Origin: Rotaria sp.
Taxonomy: Eukaryota
Reading direction: 5' to 3'
DNA length: 31,780 bases
Assembly (NCBI GenBank): GCA_905250055.1
Contig: CAJNOF010000018.1
Span: 1,159,575-1,191,354, forward strand
Within the stretch, counting starts at the first letter, position 1, and the number at the start of each line of letters is the position of its first letter. Shown piece by piece: positions 22,378 through 31,780 of the stretch. A program made the translations under genes and the position numbers. The notes beneath the pieces were generated by a model. That model had not been told where the DNA came from. It ran no database searches and saw nothing but the letters and a program-made list of their open reading frames with translations.

Positions 22378-24122
22378 ATATCATAGTGATTGACAGGGCA
22401 TGACTTCAATGCAAGAAAAAAAAAATTAAGACAATGTAGGCGATGTCATATCTTTTTTTTTGAATCATATTGATCTATTTTTGCCAGTATTGTAGATTAG
22501 CGTTGCAAAAAAATATTCATCTAGTAATAAAATATATCGTTGTATAAAACATGACTATACTTACGCATATAGGTTTTTGTTGTTTGTCTTTCGTTGACGT
22601 TATTTACGATTAAATGGATTTTGCGCATTGTAATTACACATGAATGAGTATGCTCGTTAGCTTTTTAGATGCATTATTTATCGATAGTAGATAAATGAGT
22701 TAATAATAGGTATATACGTTAATATAAAAATACTATCATGAGAATCTTTTCTCAAATATTCAGTAGGATTAAATTGTTCTTTTTATCTAAAGACTTATGA
22801 GAGGCTTAGTTGAAAATAGATTTAAGAAGTATATGAAATTATGCCTTGAAATTTGGTACATCGATTATAATATAAAATGATCATTATTAACAAAACAAAT
22901 GACGAAAAACGAAGAAAAGACAAAAAAAAAACAAGGACTCACAATTGCATATACTACTTTATTTATGTTTAGACATATTTTGAAATATTACATTAAAAAA
23001 TTATAAGACTTTTTTCTTCTTATTTTCTGCTATTATATTGCTAAAAATAAATACATCTGTTGTCAAAATCATAAATCCTTGTACGTAAACAACTTTGACT
23101 ATTATTTAAGTGGTCAGTAAAATATATAAATCATTAACCATTAATATAGTTAGCTTTGTTAATGTATTTGCAATCAGTAAATTAAACTAAATTAAAATTA
23201 AAATATATTAAGAAGTAACTCAAATAAATGATACATATATTGAAGAAAAAATAATAGAAGATATTGAAATATATCAATGATCTTATTCCTTTAGATTTGT
23301 AGCGTAGTATCATCAAAATGATGATAATATTGGTTTCCTTCCACAATAGTATGGGTTTGTATGTAACTGAAGAAAATACTCTACTCTCACGCGACAGAAA
23401 AAATTCATTTGCAGCAATTTTATCAGAATCACGAAAGCAATTCACTTACATATTGATATTATCTATTTTAGTAATTAGTAGATTGGCTATATGAAGAATA
23501 TATTTTGACAAATTAGAACTATCAAGTCAAACATCTCAAACTTCTCTTAGGAAAAGTCAGATTTATCTAATAAATCGAATATATCACTACGTAACTATAT
23601 CATGTGCTTGTCAGGAGAACTTTCATAATTGATGACACATATTCAATAGACATTGTCACATTGTGAAAAACCGCAAAGAATAATTTATGCCATACAATAT
23701 TCTAGACTTTCTTGAAGAGATATAATTATCTGTTTTTAATTGTGTTCTATTCAATGGATAATTTTGTCATAGTAAGAAGTCATTTTTAGCCAATCGTTCA
23801 ATACTGTTTATGTCGTTTGAGAATGACCTTGAACCATTTTATCAAGCATTGTTTGGTTTCAACGAGAACTACGACTGTTTTCATAATAATAAGGATATAA
23901 AATAATATCAATATGTATAATCATTTATTCATTCATGAATATCTTGAAAGAAATGTGTTTTGTTTTCAATGATTTCTATTTTGTTTATTAAATAAAACGA
24001 CGCAAACCAATCCACAATACGAAAGCAGCGATAGAAGGAAAGAAGATTATTTTGTTGCTTATAGCTTTTTTCAACACGAACAATATCGAAAGAAAAACAA
24101 GTAAAAATAAAGAAACAAATAT

Positions 24123-24490
24123 AGATCCAGAAAGATTGATGTATGTAAAATGTTCGTCAGGTTCTAACATGACTAATTCTGGTCCTAATATAATTCTTGA
24201 ACTTTTTGCTTTATAATCATATACTTGTACAGCTTGATTTTGTGGTACTCGATATGTAACCACTTTGGTTTTGTCTCGTTTAGTCGTTTGCAACGATGAT
24301 GATGATGATGATGTTATTGTTGTTTTGTTCTGTCTTTCACCTAAACGATCTCGTTGCAGAAATTCTTCTATGCTTACGGGTAGCTCTTTTTCCCAGAGTT
24401 CTTCATCTTGCGTTAACATATATGTATTACCAATGATCGCACGAACACGACCACTTCTCAAGTCACGAACATAGATACCTTCATTTTCAT
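24123..24490 (-). CDS. MVP: MVP exon 6. The 3' boundary is uncertain, and MVP homology stops after ...INLSGS.
   Basis: Acceptor TTTTCTAG|[40 protein letters not shown]...[45 protein letters not shown] matches [41 protein letters not shown]...[45 protein letters not shown]. It includes an in-frame (TCA)6 poly-Ser stretch at 24295-24315. Below about 24123 the frame stays open but reads as a hydrophobic, non-MVP tail down to the stop at 23988. Confidence 0.7.
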
Positions 24491-24541
24491 CTAGAAAAAT
24501 TTTTACTAGATAAACAAAATATGAGAGATCAATCAAACTAC

Positions 24542-24628
24542 CCAAAGGTATCGCTTTTCGTTTTTGTAATACTTCAACTTGTACTGGTGGTATATACTCT
24601 CGTGGTCCTCTGGCTACCCATTTGTCAC
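24542..24628 (-). CDS. MVP: MVP exon 5 (87 nt).
   Basis: Acceptor TTTTTTTAAG|[31 protein letters not shown] matches MVP [29 protein letters not shown]. Donor G|GTAGTT. Confidence 0.8.
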
Positions 24629-24752
24629 CTTAAAAAAATTCAAATTATTTTAGAGTCATATATAATAGACATATCTAATTATTGTCGAGTTAGAACCTAT
24701 CGATTGGTTATTTTTCTATGATAGAAACACAAGAAAAATTATTTTCTCTTAC

Positions 24753-24938
24753 CCGGTACACGGATGACATTATCTATTTCGTCATTAAACGTTTCAATAC
24801 ATTTCACGACGACACCTTCATCGTTACTCAAAATACATACATCTTGAATTCCTTTCTCTAATTGTTCATTAGGTTGTAGAAAAAATGATTTATCACCAAC
24901 GACTAATTTCTTCTTGCCCAATTGATTTTTACCATCAG
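24753..24938 (-). CDS. MVP: MVP exon 4.
   Basis: Acceptor TTTTCAAG|CT. (S)[37 protein letters not shown]... matches MVP [37 protein letters not shown]. Donor G|GTAAGA. Confidence 0.85.
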
Positions 24939-24999
24939 CTTGAAAAGAAAATAGATATCATAAGAATTTCGATCATAATTCGATGTTTAATATTCTTAC

Positions 25000-25422
25000 A
25001 TGAAACTGGATTTAAGATAACACAATATTGTCTTGAATTCAGTATATTTATATTAACAATGTCTACAAGTTGTTCATAAACGTTCAAAATATGTGTTTCA
25101 GTTTGTTCTTTTGTGACGAGCCATTCGTCACCATTATTTCGTATTTGACCAAAATCATCCTTGAATGTTTTCAATGCACGTAAATGTAATGCTTTTTTAT
25201 CTGTTACAACATGAGCATTTTCGAGGCTTACAACCGTTTCATAAGCCAATGGTACATAAGCACCTAACTTTTTTACTAACCAGTTTTCACCCGCTACACG
25301 ATGTTGACCTGTACGATCGATAAATTCTTTTTTAGCACTCAATCTTATTGCTTGATTTGGACCGATCACAGTGGCAACAATATATTCTTCTACGGATACT
25401 TCTTTTCGTGGTGTATACGTGC
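25000..25422 (-). CDS. MVP: MVP exon 3.
   Basis: Acceptor TTTCATAG|[66 protein letters not shown]...[11 protein letters not shown] matches MVP [32 protein letters not shown]...HNYCVILDPV. Donor T|GTAAGA at 24999. Confidence 0.85.
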
Positions 25423-25518
25423 CTATGAAATCCAAATATTTGTACAATTGAAAATAAATCAATCATGACTCGAGTGCATTAATTGCATAACTTATAGCTG
25501 GGAATACACCGTCACTTA

Positions 25519-25640
25519 CCAGGTCCTTCGAATAACCATTCATCTCCAGTTTTTCGGTGTTCTCTATTATCATCAAAATCCAAAACAGCTTTTAATCTTA
25601 ATGCTGAATTAGCTGCAACATATTTTAAAAGTGTAGGAGC
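25519..25640 (-). CDS. MVP: MVP exon 2.
   Basis: Acceptor TTATTTTAG|GCT. Translation [41 protein letters not shown] (MVP: [34 protein letters not shown]). Donor G|GTAAGT. Confidence 0.85.
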
Positions 25641-25700
25641 CTAAAATAATATCATCATATATTGTTAAAAAATTACTTTTCATAATGCTATTCATAATAC

Positions 25701-26048
25701 CTGTTTTAAAACTTCACCAGGATACAATGGAAATGGTTCTTTATAATCGTTTTCCAGTCGAACATCTAGGCTACCATGCGACAATTTTGCCTGACCATTT
25801 TTGTCGAATTGTGCTTGATCATCTTCATTCTTAACGACTGGATTTTCAATAACACAATAATGTCTTGGTGGTAGAGTGATCATTTTATCGGGTCCAAAAA
25901 CTATTGTTTCATTGTCCTGTCTAAAAAATGTTTTTGGACCAATTTCCAATCGTGTCACACTTGTATTCTGGTCTAATACATGAATATAATAGTAAGGTGG
26001 AATACGATAGATAGGATCCATCTGAGTCGGTAAACTCTTCGAAGACAT
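25701..26048 (-). CDS. MVP: Major vault protein (MVP), exon 1.
   Basis: ATG at 26048. [71 protein letters not shown] matches human MVP [59 protein letters not shown]. The exon ends ...PLYPGEVLKQ with donor CAG|GTATTA. Confidence 0.9.
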
Positions 26049-27961
26049 GCTATTGTCGAGTTTTAATACTAGAATAGAACCGAAAAACAAAAACTACCAC
26101 ATATTACTTCATTGTATCGTACTCATTGTTACGCGAAAAATATGACTTTTTCTTCTAGTCATCTATGAAAACGCATTAAAATATACAAACATATATGTTT
26201 TGATTGATGAACAATTATCTATTATTAACACTTCATGATAAGGAAAAATGTTAATCGTAATATGTTATCACTAATATCTGTAGAGCATATTTCGAAAAAA
26301 GAGAGTAACCCTAAGTGAGTGACACATTCTGTGTACATCTCTGCAAGTTTATCAGTACCCACTCAATGCATACACTCATCGGACTCATGTAAATAACAAT
26401 AGTGGCCATACAGTGTCAAGAATCGCAGAAAAAGACAGTAAAACTGGTGTCAAATAGAGAAAAAAATATGTATTCTGAGTGTGGATTTGTGAGTGAGCAA
26501 TAATGCTGCTTTTATGTTAAAAGAAATTGACAAAAATGAGACTGCCCCAATCAACAAAGTAGGATCAGGGTTGCTTGACTGTATGAGTAACCGGTAAAAC
26601 AATCTCATAAGGTGAGCTTAACAACGACAGCAAAAAAACTAACAATTCTCTTTCACCAATGCTTACTATACGCAAAAAAAAAGTGAAAGCATAATGTGCT
26701 TTAATTTGTTTCATGGTCGTCTCTTTATAATTCTTACTGTAAATCATTTTCCAAATCTTGCGCACCATGCTCATTGGTGTTATGAAATAACAGAAAAGCA
26801 AAACAATCATTGACACATTTGCTTCAACCAATGAATCAAAGGAAAAAAAAGGTGGCGTGCAGTAAGCGTTGCAAAAATAGATCAAAGTAAGTATCCAAGT
26901 CGATGGATACGCCTATGATATCCGTAGAGACATTATACATAGTCTCATGGGTGTCGAATGTTCTACAACACGGATTTTGTTGTACTACGTAATTTAGTTC
27001 CAGCAATGATTAAATTTTTGAGAAAGAAAGCACTTTTATGGATTGATTAGGAATATCTAATATTATTTCTACGAATGTTGCAAGTTGTTTAATTCCTTAT
27101 TAGATAATGACTAGTGATAATAATATACACTGAGTGATCAAGATATTCATTCATCAATGCATAAGCTTATGCGATCACTAGGACACAATATTTGATTGCA
27201 TTTACAAATGTCTGTAGTAAAAATACAATCAATATAACATTATGATGAAATAAAAATCTATCAATTACTCAAGTATCGATCACCAATTCTGGATAGTCAT
27301 GATTTCGAACTATTCGACACCTTAACACTTTAGGGTATGCTTAAAACGTATCTACTCTCACACTGTCAAACGATTATCCGTCTCCCTCATTCCTTACAAG
27401 TTTAAACTATTGTCTCGGTCAAAATAATATATATATTTTAATTGTACCTTGATAACGTGAAGTTATTGGTGCAATAGCATTTTTATTGTTAGCATAAAAT
27501 ATTAAATATTTAATACAACTTTCGGTTTTTCTCTAGTGAAGAAACTAGTCTTAAACCTTCGAATTTAGTGAATCAAAAGTGAATCTAAAATAGCTGATAA
27601 ATGTATTCATCACCAGTGTATATAAGAATGGTAATGTCAAAACACAACTCAAAATCAGTTTATTAATTCAAATATTGAAATAAACATGACTGAATCGATT
27701 ATGATTTAAAAAAAAAGAGAAATAGAAACTATTGAAATGTGTTAACTATGAAATATAATCTTTTTAAATCAGATTTGGCAGTTTATAATTTTCGCATTGA
27801 ATAGTTAACCAGAAAATTTCATTTTCCAGTATGATTTTTATTTAATTGAAAAGAAAAAGAGAAGCAAAGCCATTGAATTCATATTTGTTCTAGATAGTTA
27901 TTTCTTCAATAGATAAAATTGTTTATTCAGATGATTTTGATGGTGCATTAGTATGAACCAA

Positions 27962-28359
27962 TTATTGGATCGTATGAAGTTTTTGTTTTTTCTCTTGTTT
28001 TTTCCGTCGAATTCTTTCTAATTCTTCACGTGTAGGATCAATACCAAAACAATATTTCAATATATCCATTATGACAACAAACATAGCAACACTTATCATA
28101 GCAACAATTCCAAGATAAGCAAATGATGTCGAAACAGCTTTATAAATAACAATTTTCGTAGAAACTCCTTCGCAATGACGACCATAATAACTATTACCAA
28201 GACATTCACATGTATAATTCAACAATAATGGTCGACAAACACCATTATGCTCACATGTAATATTATCACAAAAGTTTATCATTAATTCACAGTTAGTTCC
28301 TTGCCAACCATCATTGCATATACAATAAAATGTGGTATTTGATGTTTCATTACATGTAC
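27962..28359 (-). CDS. EGF-repeat single-pass transmembrane protein, terminal exon. It encodes the end of an EGF domain, one full EGF domain, the TM helix and a short basic cytoplasmic tail.
   Basis: Acceptor TTTTGTTTTAG|GTACATGT. (G)TCNETSNTTFYCICNDGWQGTNCEL..FCDNITCEHNGVCRPLLLNYTCECLGNSYYGRHCEG then a hydrophobic run IVIYKAVSTSFAYLGIVAMISVAMFVVIMDIL, then KYCFGIDPTREELERIRRKKQEKKQKLHTIQ*. Stop codon at 27959-27961. Confidence 0.75.
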
Positions 28360-28417
28360 CTAAAACAAAATAAGTCTTATGAATTTTTTTTAGATAGTTT
28401 AACAATAATCTATTTAC

Positions 28418-28657
28418 CATGATCCAAACAAGTATGTGATTTACAAGGTCGATAATCAAATTCACAATCAGTACTATTAAAACCAGATGGACATGCACAA
28501 CAATAACCAAGGATTTTACTCTGATCATTTACACATGATCCATTATTTTGACATGGTTTACTCATGGCACATAAACTATTAGAAATATCGCAATAGGTAC
28601 CAATCATTGTTAAATCGTTACAAGGAGTTGGCTTAAAGGCTTGTAATACTGGTTTAA
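28418..28657 (-). CDS. EGF-repeat transmembrane protein, internal exon (EGF domains).
   Basis: Acceptor CCCTTTAG|TT at 28658. (V)KPVLQAFKPTPCNDLTMIGTYCDISNSLCAMSKPCQNNGSCVNDQSKILGYCCACPSGFNSTDCEFDYRPCKSHTCLDHG with donor G|GTAAAT at 28417. The Cys spacing is the canonical EGF pattern (C-x4-C-x5-C-x8-C-x-C-x8-C). Confidence 0.7.
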
Positions 28658-28787
28658 CTAAAGGGTATAGAAAGTAGAATTAAATTCAAAATAAAAATAA
28701 TAAACTAACTCGTTGATGTTACAGTCAAATCTATCAAATAAATAGCATTTCATTTTGATCAGAAATAAATAAAGAAAAGAAAATTAC

Positions 28788-28832
28788 CGTTTGCACTTTC
28801 GATTGAAGTTATTCTTTCGTTTGTCGTCACAT
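28788..28832 (-). CDS. Candidate 45-nt micro-exon of the EGF/TM gene. Speculative.
   Basis: TTTTAG|ATGTGACG...CAAACG|GTAATT has an AG acceptor and a GTAATT donor. The phase is compatible with the Thr-rich exon upstream (ends phase 1) and the EGF exon downstream (starts with 2 nt), giving ..SQ/D-VTTNERITSIESAN/V-KPVLQ... There is no homology support. Confidence 0.2.
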
Positions 28833-31456
28833 CTAAAAGATAGCAGGCATTACGAACTGTTTATAAAAGATTTGAATCGAAATTTTGTTTGTTCATAATT
28901 ATAATGATGACATCAAATTTTCGTTGGAATTATATAAACTTATCAATCACATCTCAAATTAGATTATACAGAAATTATTCGAGCTTTATTTTGTGCCAAA
29001 CAGATTTGATATAAATCATACTCAGGTTATGAAATTGTTTACATTGTTATATAATAGACTAATATAATAGAGTATATATGAGTGATTTTATTCTTTAGCA
29101 ACATGACTTCGCAAAATTAAATTGAAAAGTAGCATACATACTGCAGATGATTCATTAAGCTAAAAAATCTCTATTGAAAGTTTTTTTTTTGTGAGCATGA
29201 CTGAGTTTTTCAAAGCATCGATTTTATTTATCTTTGACGACATGACTGAGTAAATAATAAATGCCATTGTAACGGAATCAGAGATTAAAAAACTAATTTT
29301 GAATTTTAGAAATTTTTTTGGGGATTTTGGAACTTTTAATGCCCAATCTGGCTGAAAATTGCATCATTTCTGCAGTTAGTGATGTAAAATCTATTGTGAA
29401 ATTTTTGATCTTCTTCATCATAAGGTTAATGAGTTATTCGCTAATTATTTTTTAATTAAATAGATAATTTTAATTAGATATGAGCTGAAAGAACCAACAT
29501 TTATATATATATTTATGGTAAAAAAATTTGTTCAAAATAAATTCTGTAAGAGAACAGAAGTTGCCGCAGAATTCTTTTATATGATTTGTATCAGCACAAT
29601 TCTATTCTGATAATCGGTAAATTATTTAATAGCATGCCATGAATGGTATTTAAATGAAACATAAATGACGAGTGACAAATACAATATCATCCGATATTTC
29701 TTGTCTATACTGATATTTTACTCAGTTCTTTATAGATAGTATTTAACTTTGATCCTTATGTTCTCGAGAAGTCAAACTAATCTTGTTCTACTTTTCTATG
29801 CTTGTAAAGGCGGGGGTCGCATAAGAGATCAAAGTGTCCCACTACTACTTTTCTGGGTCAACTCTCTTCAATTATATATCAACGTCAAGAGTATATTGAG
29901 ACTAACATTTTGATTAATTCATCCTATCATAGTTAATTCAATTTGAGAATAAATCGACAAGACGTATGAGTTTGATGGGGCTTCAAACTCATATATAAAT
30001 CACCAATTAATGGTTTGATTTAATGAGATATAAGTTCGATGTACTCGTAGACTCTGCTACTATATTTACTATATTTATCATTTACTCTTATCTTTGAACA
30101 AAGATTTTATTTTAAAAATTGAAATGATCAAAACTGTCCTGTTGCTCATGCCATATCCTTTTTTAAAACGCTACAAAATTATATATTATCTAAAATATAA
30201 AAAAATTGGTTAATTGAAAAATTCTCTAAGCAAAGAGTTCTCCAGTCTCAATTCTTTGTGTTTTGGATCAATATTTAGAACACTTTAATTAAAAATTAGG
30301 TTTTATGCTGATTCAGAATATCATATAAGTTTTGACTCGAGTTGAAATTTTTCTTATCAAAATCTTCTAAATATTGATTAAAAGAATACAAGCACTGTAC
30401 ATGCAAGAATAATTTGCTTAGGAATTTTTTTAGTGACTAAAGTTTGTGTGACTTTGGAAAATATATGATTTTGTAGATTTTCAAATTTGCAAAGAATATC
30501 TTTTTTCGACGTAAAATGAATAATTTCTTTTTACTTGATAACTATATCAAAATAATAACTCTTCATAAATACACTAATACAACACCAACCGATAGTTTCT
30601 GAAAAACAGTATATATTTATATACACATCAATAACATAGTTTAAGGTAGGATTGTTAAGTTTTATAGCGCAAATAAGCTCACTGTTATGCTTTCGGTTAA
30701 TATTTGTTCTTTTTCTATAGTTTACATCAAGATTTGTTCTATAGAGTAACAAGAAAATATACAGGCATTAATTTAAAATTTGTTTTTAGTATTGAAACAT
30801 GAATCCATCATCGAAATATGGAGTTTGAGAATAGTTAATAAGTGAATCGAAAAGTCATGAAATTTCATGATCACAACAATATATGTCAGTTTTAATGAAT
30901 AATTTTACTAGAAAAGAAGAAACTAACTTTACTAATTGAATTCATAATTGAATTATTACACTAATGGTGATGAAGCATAAAAAGCAATGAGATATGAAAG
31001 AAAATTCCGAGAATTTTCTACCTTTCGAAATTCTTATTGTGTTGAGCTTGAACATTCACATGTTCAAACCACACCACTGCTTAGATTAGACACAGTCAAA
31101 ATATCATCCCAATATCTCTTTGCTTTTCCTAGAAAACGTTGATTTGAAAGCAAAATTGTATACTTAGCTTATAACTTAGGACTCATAACTACTGCTAGAA
31201 GTAAATTGCAACCAATATGTATGGGTACAGGTTTTCAGTTAAAACATTCCCCCTTTCACGCACACCCTTATTCACTTGATAAAAAAACTTTTTTCATAAT
31301 GATCATGCCATAAATAGATAGTCGATTCTTAGAAAACTGTGTTTTTGTGTCTTTAAATAGCAATTGAAAATACGAAGCATTCAACTACCAAGACTCCCTT
31401 GATAATAAAACATTGTTCATATATTTAAGATATATAACTTTTTCTTCAACACTTAC

Positions 31457-31780
31457 CTTGTGAATGACTAGTCGATGAATTACTCGTTGTGTATTTGGAT
31501 GTTGTAGTTGTTGTACTAGAAATTGTTGTTATTTTAGTTGTAGTTGTCGAAGTTGTTGTTGATGCTGTTATTGTTGTTGCTGATGTTGATGTTGTTGTAA
31601 TTGATGCTGTTGTAGTTGATGTTGTTATTATTGTTGTAGTTGATGTTGTTGTGGCTGATGTTGTTGTAGTTGATGTTGTAGTTGTTGAGGTTTTTGTTGT
31701 TGATGTTGTTGTTAGTGGTGTTGTCGTTGTTGATGTTGTTGTTGTTGATATTGTTGTTAGTGTTGCTGTTGATGTTGTTG
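31457..31780 (-). CDS. Thr/Ser-rich mucin-like coding exon, truncated by the window end. It is possibly the extracellular N-terminal region of the EGF/TM gene.
   Basis: On the minus strand the ACA/ACT/TCA frame is open across the entire repeat (…TTSTATLTTISTTTSTTTTPLTTTSTTKTSTTTTSTTTTSATT…TTTSKYTTSNSSTSHSQ). The other two frames hit stops. It ends with a canonical donor CAAG|GTAAGT (1451-1456 on the + strand reads ACTTAC). Confidence 0.45.
31480..31780. repeat. Imperfect tandem repeat of GTTGTTGATGTTGTTGTAGTTGAT-like units (+ strand), equivalent to Thr codons ACA/ACT on the minus strand.
   Basis: Visible periodic GTTGTTGATG / GTAGTTGATG units to the window end. Confidence 0.8.

Larger units (their letters stand above)
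21640..23285. repeat. Right arm of the inverted segmental duplication (second WAP-like gene unit).
   Basis: Reverse-complement homology to 7235-8830 (see that entry). Homology is lost beyond about 23285/7235. Confidence 0.8.

Noticed and set aside
23182-23445. 87-aa minus-strand ORF in the region where MVP 3' exons would be expected
   Set aside because: The translation (…NIIIILMILRYKSKGIRSLIYFNIFYYFFFNICIIY…) is AT-rich low-complexity with no similarity to MVP shoulder or cap domains.
1-31780. Prokaryotic interpretation (operons, defence island, CRISPR)
   Set aside because: There are spliceosomal introns with GT-AG boundaries, TATA and AATAAA signals, multi-exon metazoan genes (fem-1, MVP, EGF/TM), and no regularly spaced direct repeats. 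The provided ORF track uses alternative start codons (for example GTG at 1881), but the genes are eukaryotic.

Overview
This is an AT-rich eukaryotic (metazoan) window, not prokaryotic. Introns are short (about 50-125 nt) with GTAAGT/GTATGT donors and AG acceptors, and several genes need multi-exon models. The sequence pattern is helminth-like (flatworm or nematode), but I cannot name the species.

Recognisable genes:
- A terminal exon encoding a nuclear-hormone-receptor ligand-binding domain (+, about 1725-2498).
- Two paralogous single-exon genes for secreted cysteine-rich proteins with a C-terminal WAP-like (whey acidic protein) four-disulfide motif: + strand 8207-8671 and - strand 21843-22301.
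- A complete three-exon fem-1 homolog (ankyrin-repeat protein) on the minus strand, 14802-16796.
- An intronless multi-pass membrane protein carrying MBOAT_2 / wax-synthase-like acyltransferase motifs (+, 18739-19725).
- The 5' half of a major vault protein (MVP) gene on the minus strand; six exons are resolved between 26048 and about 24123, and the C-terminal half is not visible.
- A gene for an EGF-repeat single-pass transmembrane protein on the minus strand (27962-28657), possibly continuing upstream to a Thr-rich mucin-like exon at the window edge (31457-31780).

The main structural feature is a duplication of about 2.5 kb. The two WAP-like gene units (arms about 7235-8830 and 21640-23285, each with promoter, TATA box, CDS and 3'UTR) lie in inverted, convergent orientation and bracket about 12.8 kb that contains fem-1 and the acyltransferase gene. 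Adjacent downstream flank segments (9143-9700 and 20997-21500) are in direct orientation, with a nested inverted sub-segment, so the locus has been rearranged more than once. MVP stops being recognisable next to one arm boundary.

The window also carries at least five foldback or TIR-type non-autonomous elements: long near-perfect palindromes at 1057-1689 and 6296-6756, a TIR element at 3045-3622, and a 1.7 kb element with GC-rich CAGGGCAGGG ends and an 11-bp target-site duplication at 10189-11876. Two related GC-rich CCGG/TTCCG hairpins (215-540 and about 12090-12165) explain several spurious ORFs in the six-frame track.
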